Source: an uncultured Candidatus Saccharibacteria bacterium
GTDB lineage: Bacteria; Patescibacteriota; Saccharimonadia; Saccharimonadales; UBA10212
Assembly: GCA_965231085.1 (NCBI GenBank)
Contig: OZ246413.1
Span: 344,971 to 408,970 of the forward strand
Reading direction: 5' to 3'
Length of the DNA stretch: 64,000 bases
Positions 9,384 through 17,285 of the stretch are shown here, piece by piece (positions within the stretch are counted from its first letter, which is position 1; every line of letters starts with the position of its first letter). A program made the position numbers and the translations under genes. The notes under the pieces are model-generated. The model was not told the DNA's origin and did not search any database. It worked only from the letters and a program-made list of their open reading frames with translations.

Positions 9384-9468
9384 TGGTGGGGACGAAAGGA
9401 CTTGAACCTTCATGGGTTGCCCCGCTAGCTCCTAAGGCTAGTGCGTCTGCCAATTTCGCCACGTCCCC
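9384..9468 (-). tRNA. tRNA-Leu (anticodon UAG), CCA encoded
   Basis: Cloverleaf: acceptor GGGGACG/CGTCCCC, 3-bp D stem, anticodon stem CTAGC/GCTAG with loop CTTAGGA (anticodon TAG), long 13-nt variable arm, T loop TTCAAGT, 3' ACCA. Its 3' end faces the GC island. Confidence 0.85.
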
Positions 9469-9635
9469 TCGTTGAAGCAAAAGTTTCTACATTTCGCTTC
9501 CAGACACATCCGAAAGCTCAATCTTAATCTTTGCTTCTCCTCTCATTTTTGCAAAAACCTGCACAGGTGTTTTCACAAAAATGGTAATCGCACAGGGGTT
9601 ATTTTACCTTAAATCCTGCTATTTTTAAAGGGCCC

Positions 9636-12056
9636 TTATTGCTTATCTAGATTTAGCTTTAATTTGCCAACTGCCGCTTCAGCCATAAGCGCTAAGTTCC
9701 GTTTTACGTCTTCCATTTTGTTCAGCCCATAGCCTAGCGAATAGCCTGAATATTCGTCTAGGATTTCATCCATTATTTCAATTCTTTGTGCTAGATCGTA
9801 TTGACCAATAATCTGATGCATAATTATGCCCATTTGGGTTTCGTCAATAATTAGGTCAGCCTCCGAGTCTCGGGCGATATCTCTGCCGACGCGTCCTGCT
9901 AGCCGAAGCAATCTTAGATTGTAAATCGATTGATCTCTTTGCCACTCTTCCCAGCTATCAGCAGGATTTTCGTATTGTCTCGCCCGAGCAAGATAAGTCG
10001 CCGCTCTGTCTTTTGTGTAGGCTCTAGGTATTTTTGGCGCAATGAAGCCACCAGAATCGGAGGCTATATTCCTAAGCTGTGTAAGGCTACCAAGTCTAGC
10101 CAGGGCTTGAGATTCAAGCTGTCTGACTCTTTCTCTAGTTAGGTCCAGCTCATAACCGACCTGGTCGAGTGTATATGGTTCCTTGCCATCAAAACCAAAC
10201 CTTTGTCTTATAATTATCGCCTCTCTTTCAGGCAAGGAATCCACAACTGAGGCTATCTCTTGGGTTAACATCTCTTCTTCTGCTATTTCCTCGGTAGTCT
10301 GATGGTCAGGATTACGAGCATCTACAACCTGCAATCCCAGGCCCGATGGGTAGCCATCAAAACCCCATAATGCTAGTCTGGCCATGTCTTTAGCGCTACC
10401 ATGCCTGGCAAGATTTTTACGTTCAATAAAGTCTTCGATATCTTCTACCTCGGGGACGACTCGTTGCTCCCGAACGTACCGGCGCATAAAGCGGCCGATT
10501 TCCCGGGCGGTAGTGGCTGGAAAGCCTATTGAGCTTCCTGGTACTTCTGGTAGGTCCCACTCTTTTTCCAAAATTTGGTTATACCGCCTGATATCACGAC
10601 TATGAGTATCAGTGCGCTTAGAGTTGTATTTTACTCTAAGTTGTTTTAGTAAATAGGCATCATTGGCTAGAAGGTTAAGCCATAACTCGGAATTAATAAT
10701 CCGCTCAAGATTTGACCGCTTTGAAGTAGAGCCACCATTACCGACCCGCTCTGATCCAATTACCCGTCCGAGATGAACCGATTTTTCATCCATCACGTCC
10801 AGGCTAGTGTACTGATATTTGTTGGGTGAAACATCCATAAAATCAACGATAATCGACTCTAAGTTACCCGGTTTTTTACGAAGTACCCTACCTAGTTCTT
10901 GGGTCTTTCGAACACGCGAGGTAGTTGGGCACGTAGCGATTAAAAAGCTAGCTCGGCTGCTATCCCAGCCTTCGGCTATGGCTTTTACATATGTAAGAAC
11001 GTCAATTTGCCCGTTTTCAAAGGCCTGTAATATTCTTTGATTTTCTTCTTGGCTCAAGAAACTGCCGACCGCTCGGGCTCTAATAAATTTTTTAGTACCG
11101 TCTGCAAGCGTTATAAAACTGCCGTCCAGCTCATCGGCTAGAGACCGAGCGTGAACAGAATTCTCCCCCGGTACACAGCTAATAATTCCCTGGCGGCCAT
11201 CGGCTACAAAATTCCGGGCAAACTCTAGAGCACTGTCGTTTCGAGCCTTGAGGTCTATTAGTTTTTCAAGTTCCCGTTGCGTGTATTCGTCTGCATATTC
11301 GTCTAAGTCAGGGATTTCGGCATCGGTGGTATAAAGCAAGCATGTTACCGGCGCAACTAAATCGTTTTCGATAGCTTCTTTGAGTGATAATTCATGAATT
11401 GGTGTTTCAAAAATTTCGTTGACACTTTTTCCAACGCGATATTTTGGAGTGGCAGTAAAACCAATTTTTGTGGCTTTTGGAGATATGCTAATTAAATTAC
11501 GCTTTGTCACTGCCCCAAGACTCTTATGTGCCTCGTCAGCCAAAATAACGTCAAACTCTCCCAGCTCACCAGTCTGAACAAAGTTATTCATTCCAGCGTA
11601 GGTCGCAACGACTACCTTGTCGGTTTTTGTAGCTTTTGATCCACCATAATGCTTGCCTACGTCTGCTGGGCTAAGTCTTTGGGCAAATTTTGCCAAGCCT
11701 TTATCTTCAATATCGCCGGACAGCTGGCTAACCTGAGTTCGCATGTCTGCTAAAACCAAAACTCTTAAGCCGCTTCCGGCAAATATTTCGGCTAGTTTGG
11801 CAATTAGATATGTTTTTCCGGTTGATGTTGGTAGCTCAACATATCCCCGGTTATAACCCATAGCAAGGGCTTCTGAAATATCAAAAAAAACCTCCTGTTG
11901 ATGAGGGTATGCCTCGTCCTGATCATCAAGCCAATGTTCACTTCTGAAGTATTGGTCTAAGGCAAGAGCGGGGCCTTCTAGATTTTCTTCTTGCGAGAAA
12001 ACTCGTACGCCAGATTCAAACGGGGACGAGTTTGCTCGCTCTATAGCCGTATTCAC
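9636..12056 (-). CDS. SF2 (DEAH-type) helicase fused to a sigma-70 region 4 domain
   Basis: 806 aa. The N-terminus has helicase motifs I (PTSTGKTY), II (ILADEAHK), III (FTATP) and VI (QELGRVLR). Residues about 600-655 read LPEREAIIIRQRFGFDGKEPYTLDQVGYELDLTRERVRQLESQALARLG, closely matching sigma-70 region 4.2 (compare E. coli RpoD [48 protein letters not shown]). The C-terminal roughly 150 aa are unassigned. Confidence 0.75.
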   Translation of the reverse strand: MNTAIERANSSPFESGVRVFSQEENLEGPALALDQYFRSEHWLDDQDEAYPHQQEVFFDISEALAMGYNRGYVELPTSTGKTYLIAKLAEIFAGSGLRVLVLADMRTQVSQLSGDIEDKGLAKFAQRLSPADVGKHYGGSKATKTDKVVVATYAGMNNFVQTGELGEFDVILADEAHKSLGAVTKRNLISISPKATKIGFTATPKYRVGKSVNEIFETPIHELSLKEAIENDLVAPVTCLLYTTDAEIPDLDEYADEYTQRELEKLIDLKARNDSALEFARNFVADGRQGIISCVPGENSVHARSLADELDGSFITLADGTKKFIRARAVGSFLSQEENQRILQAFENGQIDVLTYVKAIAEGWDSSRASFLIATCPTTSRVRKTQELGRVLRKKPGNLESIIVDFMDVSPNKYQYTSLDVMDEKSVHLGRVIGSERVGNGGSTSKRSNLERIINSELWLNLLANDAYLLKQLRVKYNSKRTDTHSRDIRRYNQILEKEWDLPEVPGSSIGFPATTAREIGRFMRRYVREQRVVPEVEDIEDFIERKNLARHGSAKDMARLALWGFDGYPSGLGLQVVDARNPDHQTTEEIAEEEMLTQEIASVVDSLPEREAIIIRQRFGFDGKEPYTLDQVGYELDLTRERVRQLESQALARLGSLTQLRNIASDSGGFIAPKIPRAYTKDRAATYLARARQYENPADSWEEWQRDQSIYNLRLLRLAGRVGRDIARDSEADLIIDETQMGIIMHQIIGQYDLAQRIEIMDEILDEYSGYSLGYGLNKMEDVKRNLALMAEAAVGKLKLNLDKQ

Positions 12057-12105
12057 GAGACATATTTTAATATAATACTAACTTTCTGTCAATTTAAGCT
12101 AGGGG

Positions 12106-12660
12106 TCAGTCTCTATTTTTTCTATAAAACACCAGCTTAGCGTCGCCGTAGGTTTTTTCGGCAGCTATTTCGGTCTTTTCGTACTCTGGGGCTGCATACT
12201 TACCGGGGCACGACAATACTGCTAGACCTCCCTTTTTAACATGTCGCTTGATCAGGGTTTCTGTTATTGCCTCTTGCAAATCATCAAAAGGCGGGTCAAT
12301 CATCACAATATCAAATTTCTTATCAACGTTATGACTACTCCAGCCGCTAGTGTTTGCTCTAACTGCATCAATTTTCTTTTGCAAGTGATGCTCTATGATA
12401 TTTTTATCTAAAGTTGCATGGGCAGAGCGATCCTGGTCGATCGCTATTACATGTTTAGCGCCGCGGCTAACAGCTTCAATCGATAGGGCTCCGCTGCCAG
12501 CAAAGGCGTCTAAGAAAGTTAGCCCTTCTACGTCACCAAGAATGTTAAATAATGCTCCTCGAACTTTTTCACTCATGGGATGTGTTTTATGCCCATGATG
12601 CTGTGTAATGACCTGTCCACCTAAAGTCCCGGCGATAATTCTCATAATTCTATGATACAC
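12106..12660 (-). CDS. rsmD: 16S rRNA (guanine966-N2)-methyltransferase
   Basis: Contains the SAM-binding motif DAFAGSGALSIEAVSRGA and DPPF. The likely true start is the internal MRIIAG (about 12645). Confidence 0.7.
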   Translation of the reverse strand: MYHRIMRIIAGTLGGQVITQHHGHKTHPMSEKVRGALFNILGDVEGLTFLDAFAGSGALSIEAVSRGAKHVIAIDQDRSAHATLDKNIIEHHLQKKIDAVRANTSGWSSHNVDKKFDIVMIDPPFDDLQEAITETLIKRHVKKGGLAVLSCPGKYAAPEYEKTEIAAEKTYGDAKLVFYRKNRD

Positions 12661-12688
12661 CCTCGAATATATCCTGATAAATGAAGTA

Positions 12689-12714
12689 GGGGCGGCCCGT
12701 GTAGGACCGCCCCC
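12689..12714 (-). terminator. GC-rich hairpin downstream of the high-GC secreted-protein gene
   Basis: GGGGCGGCC-cgtgta-GGACCGCCCC. On the minus strand it is followed by UACUUCAUUUAUC. Confidence 0.45.
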
Positions 12715-12727
12715 GTGTTGTCCGCTC

Positions 12728-13117
12728 TTACGTCGAGCAGGACTCGTGCGCCGGCTTGCCCCACACCGTGGTTGCGTCCACGACGGTGACGTTCAGCCCC
12801 TTGATGAAGCACCTCACGTCCCAGTTGTAGACGATCACCGTGGCATGGTCGCTGGCGACCACAGTCGTGTGACCGTGCGCCGACACGACCGCATTGCCGG
12901 AGGCAATGGCAGTCGCACCCTTGTCGATGGACACGCAGCCGTTCTTGGAGACGACCACGACGACGCGCCCGGTGTAGGCCGACTGCTTGGTCGGGTCGGG
13001 GCAGGACGTCAGGTAGAGGTTGGTCGGCTTCGGCTTGTTGGCCGCGCTGGCCACGCCCGTGAGGGCGAGCATGGCGGCAACGCCGACGAGAACGAGACCG
13101 ATGAGCTGCTTACGCAT
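12728..13117 (-). CDS. Secreted small protein (signal peptide, 4 Cys), high-GC cassette
   Basis: 129 aa. Sec signal MRKQLIGLVLVGVAAMLALTGVASA with an AxA site. Repetitive V/A/T-rich beta-like segments and GC-rich third positions. RBS GGGGAAG. The surrounding DNA is low GC. Confidence 0.6.
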   Translation of the reverse strand: MRKQLIGLVLVGVAAMLALTGVASAANKPKPTNLYLTSCPDPTKQSAYTGRVVVVVSKNGCVSIDKGATAIASGNAVVSAHGHTTVVASDHATVIVYNWDVRCFIKGLNVTVVDATTVWGKPAHESCST

Positions 13118-13203
13118 GACTTCCCCTTTTCCGCGTTGTGCGGGTTGGTTGCGGGTGGAAGAGCGGTCCCCTTGACTATTGCTAGCCTTTGAGACTAAAA
13201 AAG

Positions 13204-13231
13204 ATTATATCAGATTGCTTCGATTTGTCAA
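13204..13231 (-). promoter_or_regulatory. Near-consensus sigma70 promoter driving the high-GC secreted-protein gene
   Basis: On the minus strand: TTGACA, a 16-nt spacer, then TATAAT (plus-strand tgtcaa 13226-13231 and attata 13204-13209). A roughly 90-nt leader reaches the ATG at 13117. Confidence 0.5.
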
Positions 13232-13233
13232 TA

Positions 13234-15270
13234 CTAGTTAAGGCTAGTTATTGCCCGGAGCTTACTTATCCGCTCAGCTAAATGCGGGTAATCAGTCAAC
13301 TTGTTTTTTCTATCTAGAAATTCTTGGGCCGCGCTTCGAGCCGATGCGATCAGTTTTGAATCGGTAAGCTTGGCAACTCGTAAATCTAATGCTCCGCTTT
13401 GAACCGTTCCATAGATAGCTCCTGGGCCCCGAAGCTCTAGGTCCAGCTCGGCCAGTTTAAAGCCGTCGCTCATAGTCTCTAGTGCCCTAAGCCGTTGACT
13501 CGGGGCTTTGCTATCGCTCATCTCTAAGTAACAATAGCTTTGATGCGCCCCCCGGCCCACCCGGCCCCTTAGCTGGTGGATTTGAGCCAGCCCGAACCGC
13601 TCGGCCCCAACTACTAGCATGACTGTTGCGTTTGGTACGTCCACTCCAACCTCTATAACCGTGGTGCTAACTAAAATATCGTACTTTTTAGCTATAAAAT
13701 CCTTCATAATTTTTTCTTTTTCTTCAGATTTCATCTTGCCATGAAGCATTGCCACCTTGCGGTGCTTAAAATCGTTATTTGCAAGTCGCCCGTAGGTTTC
13801 CTCGACTGATAAACCCTTGCTCAGATCGTTTTGGGTAATTAGAGGACAAACTACAAACATCTGACGACCCACTTTTAATTGGCTGTCTATCTTCTCATAT
13901 AAAGTTTTTCTTGAGTTTGGAGAAGTAACTTTTGTTTCTATTGTTTGACGACCAGGCGGTACTTCGTCCAGAACGGAAACATCTAGCTCGCCATATAAGG
14001 TAAGCGCTAGGCTCCTCGGGATTGGAGTGGCAGTTAGATGTAGTACGTGGGGCATGTGCCCAGCCTTGGCCTGAAGTTTTTTTCTTTGCTCAACCCCAAA
14101 ACGATGCTGCTCGTCAACAATAATCAAACCAAGACTATGCATATCAACCTTTTCACTAATGAGTGCGTGTGTGCCAACAATCATCTTTACTCTGCCTGAT
14201 TTTATTTTTTTATAAATCAGCGTCTTGGCAGCGGGCTTAAGGCTACCTACCAGTAGGGCAAGTTGGTCAGCGTGCCCGACACTGCTTAGTAATTTATGCA
14301 TTGTTTCTGCATGTTGACGGGCAAGTATTTCCGTTGGTGCCATGAAAGCAACTTGGTAACCCTGCTCCATGGCCATAAGGCCTGCCATAACCGCAACCAC
14401 TGTCTTCCCAGAGCCGACATCTCCCTCAACTAAACGGTTCATGGGATGTGGCTTCTCAAGATCTTGATATATTTGCCAGATTACTTTGCGCTGCGCTCCA
14501 GTTAATTTGAATGGGAGCTTGGCTACAAAGTCTTTTGCCAGATCTTGCTTAAACGGGATTAACACACTCTTTTCGTGAGATAATTCGTACTTATTAAGTA
14601 GAGCGGCAAGGGTTAGCTCAAAAACTTCTTCAAGCCCCAAACGTTTTTTAGCAAGCTCTAGTTCCGCAGCAGATGATGGAAAGTGCATTTCTGAGACTGC
14701 TTTTTTATAGTCGGTTAGCTTTTCCTTTTTTATCAGCCAAGCAGGCAAATGCTCGTTAAGTTCAAAATTATCTGTAAGTACTGTCCTGATTAACTTCCGT
14801 ATGGCCGATGACTTGAGCCCCTTTGTTTCACGATAAACCGGAATAATACGCGCGGTATTTACCGGGAAGTCGCTCACCAATTCCATCGACGGGTTTAATA
14901 TGCTAAACCGGTTTCTGCGCAGAGCATAGTCTCCGGAGATATAATATTTCACTCCAGGTTTTACTGCTGCTGAGCGATATGGCTGATTAAACCAAACCAG
15001 CCGAACGCTACCTGTAGCGTCAGAAGCAACTGCTTCGGTAATATGCATACCCCTGCGAACATACCGACCTTTTACTTCTTTTATAGTCACTTCAAGAGTT
15101 ACGGGGCCGGGATGCATACTAGCAATCGATGCAACGTTAGAATAATCATCGTACCGACGTGGATAGTAATCAACTAGATCACCAACTGTTCTTATGCCAA
15201 GAATGGTCAGTTTTTTTGCTAACTCATCACCCACCCCTTTTAGTTCGGTAATGTTTGCGCCAAGATTCAT
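13234..15270 (-). CDS. recG: ATP-dependent DNA helicase RecG
   Basis: 678 aa with an N-terminal wedge domain and helicase motifs (GDVGSGKT, DEQHRFGV, C-terminal QLRGRVGRG). Confidence 0.9.
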   Translation of the reverse strand: MNLGANITELKGVGDELAKKLTILGIRTVGDLVDYYPRRYDDYSNVASIASMHPGPVTLEVTIKEVKGRYVRRGMHITEAVASDATGSVRLVWFNQPYRSAAVKPGVKYYISGDYALRRNRFSILNPSMELVSDFPVNTARIIPVYRETKGLKSSAIRKLIRTVLTDNFELNEHLPAWLIKKEKLTDYKKAVSEMHFPSSAAELELAKKRLGLEEVFELTLAALLNKYELSHEKSVLIPFKQDLAKDFVAKLPFKLTGAQRKVIWQIYQDLEKPHPMNRLVEGDVGSGKTVVAVMAGLMAMEQGYQVAFMAPTEILARQHAETMHKLLSSVGHADQLALLVGSLKPAAKTLIYKKIKSGRVKMIVGTHALISEKVDMHSLGLIIVDEQHRFGVEQRKKLQAKAGHMPHVLHLTATPIPRSLALTLYGELDVSVLDEVPPGRQTIETKVTSPNSRKTLYEKIDSQLKVGRQMFVVCPLITQNDLSKGLSVEETYGRLANNDFKHRKVAMLHGKMKSEEKEKIMKDFIAKKYDILVSTTVIEVGVDVPNATVMLVVGAERFGLAQIHQLRGRVGRGAHQSYCYLEMSDSKAPSQRLRALETMSDGFKLAELDLELRGPGAIYGTVQSGALDLRVAKLTDSKLIASARSAAQEFLDRKNKLTDYPHLAERISKLRAITSLN

Positions 15271-15298
15271 CTAATAATTAGTGTAGCAATAGACCTCG

Positions 15299-16012
15299 CT
15301 AATACGAGCGCATATCGGCGTTGAGCCTGGCGAGTTCTGCCAACGAATCATCTATTTTTTTGGGAGCAAACTCGCCGTAAGCGTTAGCCGCTGCTAGGGC
15401 AATAAGACCATCGACAAATTTTGGATTGTTGGGCAACACAGGCCCGTGGGCATATGTACCAAAAACGTTCTTATACCGTGCCCCTTCACTCTTATCCTGA
15501 CCATTGTTCCCGCGGCCTCTTACGACCTTACCAAAAGCGGGCTGCCCTTTAGCAAGAGTAGTCATGCCGCTGTGGTTTTCAAAACCATAGATAATACCAA
15601 ATTCGGTTTCGAATTTAATATTACCTATCATTCGCTTCGAGCCTGCAATTGTTACAGCATCAAAAATGCCTATGCCCTTTATTTCTTCTTTTTTATCCGT
15701 TACAAATTTATGGCCAAACAGCTGATACGTACCGCAAACCATTAGCATCGGCACTCCCGCTTTGGCTAGCTCTCTTAGCTGCGACCCTATCCTTACAATA
15801 TCCGCCTGAACGGTACTTTGGGCCGAGTCTTGTCCGCCGCCGCCAACCACGACGTCGATTTTGGCAGGTAATTTGCCTCCGGGGTGATGGTAATGAACAA
15901 CTGGATCATAACCGTGCCATTCGCAGCGGCGAACCAGAGTCAAGACATTACCGTGATCACCATAGGTATTCATTTCGTTAGGATATAAGTGAAGAATATT
16001 AATAGTTTTCAT
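15299..16012 (-). CDS. gatD: Lipid II isoglutaminyl synthase, glutaminase subunit (CobB/CobQ-like GATase)
   Basis: 237 aa class-I glutamine amidotransferase-like (MVCGTYQLFGH, HGPVL). Positioned immediately after murT, with the murT stop overlapping the gatD start. Confidence 0.7.
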   Translation of the reverse strand: MKTINILHLYPNEMNTYGDHGNVLTLVRRCEWHGYDPVVHYHHPGGKLPAKIDVVVGGGGQDSAQSTVQADIVRIGSQLRELAKAGVPMLMVCGTYQLFGHKFVTDKKEEIKGIGIFDAVTIAGSKRMIGNIKFETEFGIIYGFENHSGMTTLAKGQPAFGKVVRGRGNNGQDKSEGARYKNVFGTYAHGPVLPNNPKFVDGLIALAAANAYGEFAPKKIDDSLAELARLNADMRSY

Positions 16013-17280
16013 GGTTTCTTACCTGAACGCTTACTTAAAATGGTGTGCAGCCTTAACATGGCGGTATAAGTTGCAAAAACCACCTTGTGGCCCGCCGAAT
16101 TGGCAAACTTGCTCAGTGCCAGTTCTAGGTTCGGCTCAATAGTCGATACTTTGATAGATTCATAACTTAACCTTAAAGCCATATCAGCTGCCCTGGTACC
16201 ACTAACTAGCTGTATCTGCTTGTCGGCTAAAGACGTAACATCAACATCCCAGAGCCACGAGGTGTCGCGACCATCAGCAACATTGTCGTTTATTGCAATC
16301 ATTAAGGGTTGCTGACCATGAACATATGAGGCCAAGGCCTGACGAAAACTGGCGGGATTCTTAACTAGTACCAACTCAACGACTGCGCCATTTGAGAGCC
16401 TATATGATTCACCTCGACCAAAGGCAATAGATACAGTTGCTGCTTTATCGACAAGTTTTTCGTCATCACAATTTGGTAGCAGTTGCTTAACCAAGGCTAT
16501 GGCGGCGGCCGCATTCAAAAAATTATGCTGACCAGTTAGTTTAAAATCTGCTTGGTAGATTTTGTCATCTATACGCAAGACTGCTTCTTGTTTCTTGAAA
16601 TCTAGCAATTCGACCAACGAATTATGTTTTTGGACTTGTTGAGTAGAATTAGGCCCGTCAACCGCGGCGAGCTCAAAGTCGGTGGGAAAATAGCTTTTAA
16701 TTTTATCGTTAACGCCAAAGTATTTTACCTCTTTTTTTAGGTTCTTGGTCAGTTTGGCCAACTGCGGATCATTAGCATTAGTAACAACGCCATCAGTTGC
16801 AGCCTGCATAGCTAGCCCAATTAATTGAGCAATCTTGTCGACTTCGCCATACCTGTCTAGCTGATCGCGACTAACATTCAGAGCTAGTACCCAGCGAGGC
16901 GATACCTGTTTTATAAATGACGGTATTGAAGCTTCGTCCAGTTCAAAAACTGCTGTGTCATAATCTAGTCGGCCAGTGATTTTAGCATGTTTTATAACTC
17001 CACTAGCAATCCCACGAGTCATATTGCTGCCGGTCGAGTTAGTTAAAACTTTTTTACCCTGTGAGCGAAGTAGCTCAACAACTAATCTGGTGGTTGTGGT
17101 TTTACCATTCGTGCCCGTAATAATCACCACGCCGCCCGGTACTGTTTTTAACATCCTGGCCAGATAGTTAGGCAGAGCCTTTTCAACAATTAATCCTGGT
17201 AGCGCTTGGCCGCCGGTTCCTTTAACTTTAGTTGATAACCGGACTAACTTGCCCAAAGCTGTTCCAGTAATTTTTTGCAT
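16009..17280 (-). CDS. murT: Lipid II isoglutaminyl synthase, Mur-ligase-like subunit
   Basis: 423 aa with the Mur ligase P-loop ITGTNGKTTTT and the C-terminal DUF1727-like block DGRDTSWLWDVD. Confidence 0.8.
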   Translation of the reverse strand: MQKITGTALGKLVRLSTKVKGTGGQALPGLIVEKALPNYLARMLKTVPGGVVIITGTNGKTTTTRLVVELLRSQGKKVLTNSTGSNMTRGIASGVIKHAKITGRLDYDTAVFELDEASIPSFIKQVSPRWVLALNVSRDQLDRYGEVDKIAQLIGLAMQAATDGVVTNANDPQLAKLTKNLKKEVKYFGVNDKIKSYFPTDFELAAVDGPNSTQQVQKHNSLVELLDFKKQEAVLRIDDKIYQADFKLTGQHNFLNAAAAIALVKQLLPNCDDEKLVDKAATVSIAFGRGESYRLSNGAVVELVLVKNPASFRQALASYVHGQQPLMIAINDNVADGRDTSWLWDVDVTSLADKQIQLVSGTRAADMALRLSYESIKVSTIEPNLELALSKFANSAGHKVVFATYTAMLRLHTILSKRSGKKP

Positions 17281-17285
17281 GATCG

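Noticed and set aside
5909-9470. Integrase or att direct repeats flanking the GC island
   Set aside because: No recombinase-like ORF is present. I could not find a copy of the tRNA-Leu 3' end (ggtggggacgaaaggacttgaacc) at the distal boundary. The island is therefore not called a mobile element.
9601-9640. Palindrome AAAGGGCCCTT after the helicase gene as a terminator
   Set aside because: It is a loop-less perfect palindrome with no following U-tract on the relevant strand. Insufficient evidence for a terminator.
12746-13192. 148-aa plus-strand ORF antisense to the secreted-protein gene
   Set aside because: Shadow frame in GC-rich DNA with no RBS or promoter. The minus-strand ORF has a signal peptide, RBS and promoter.
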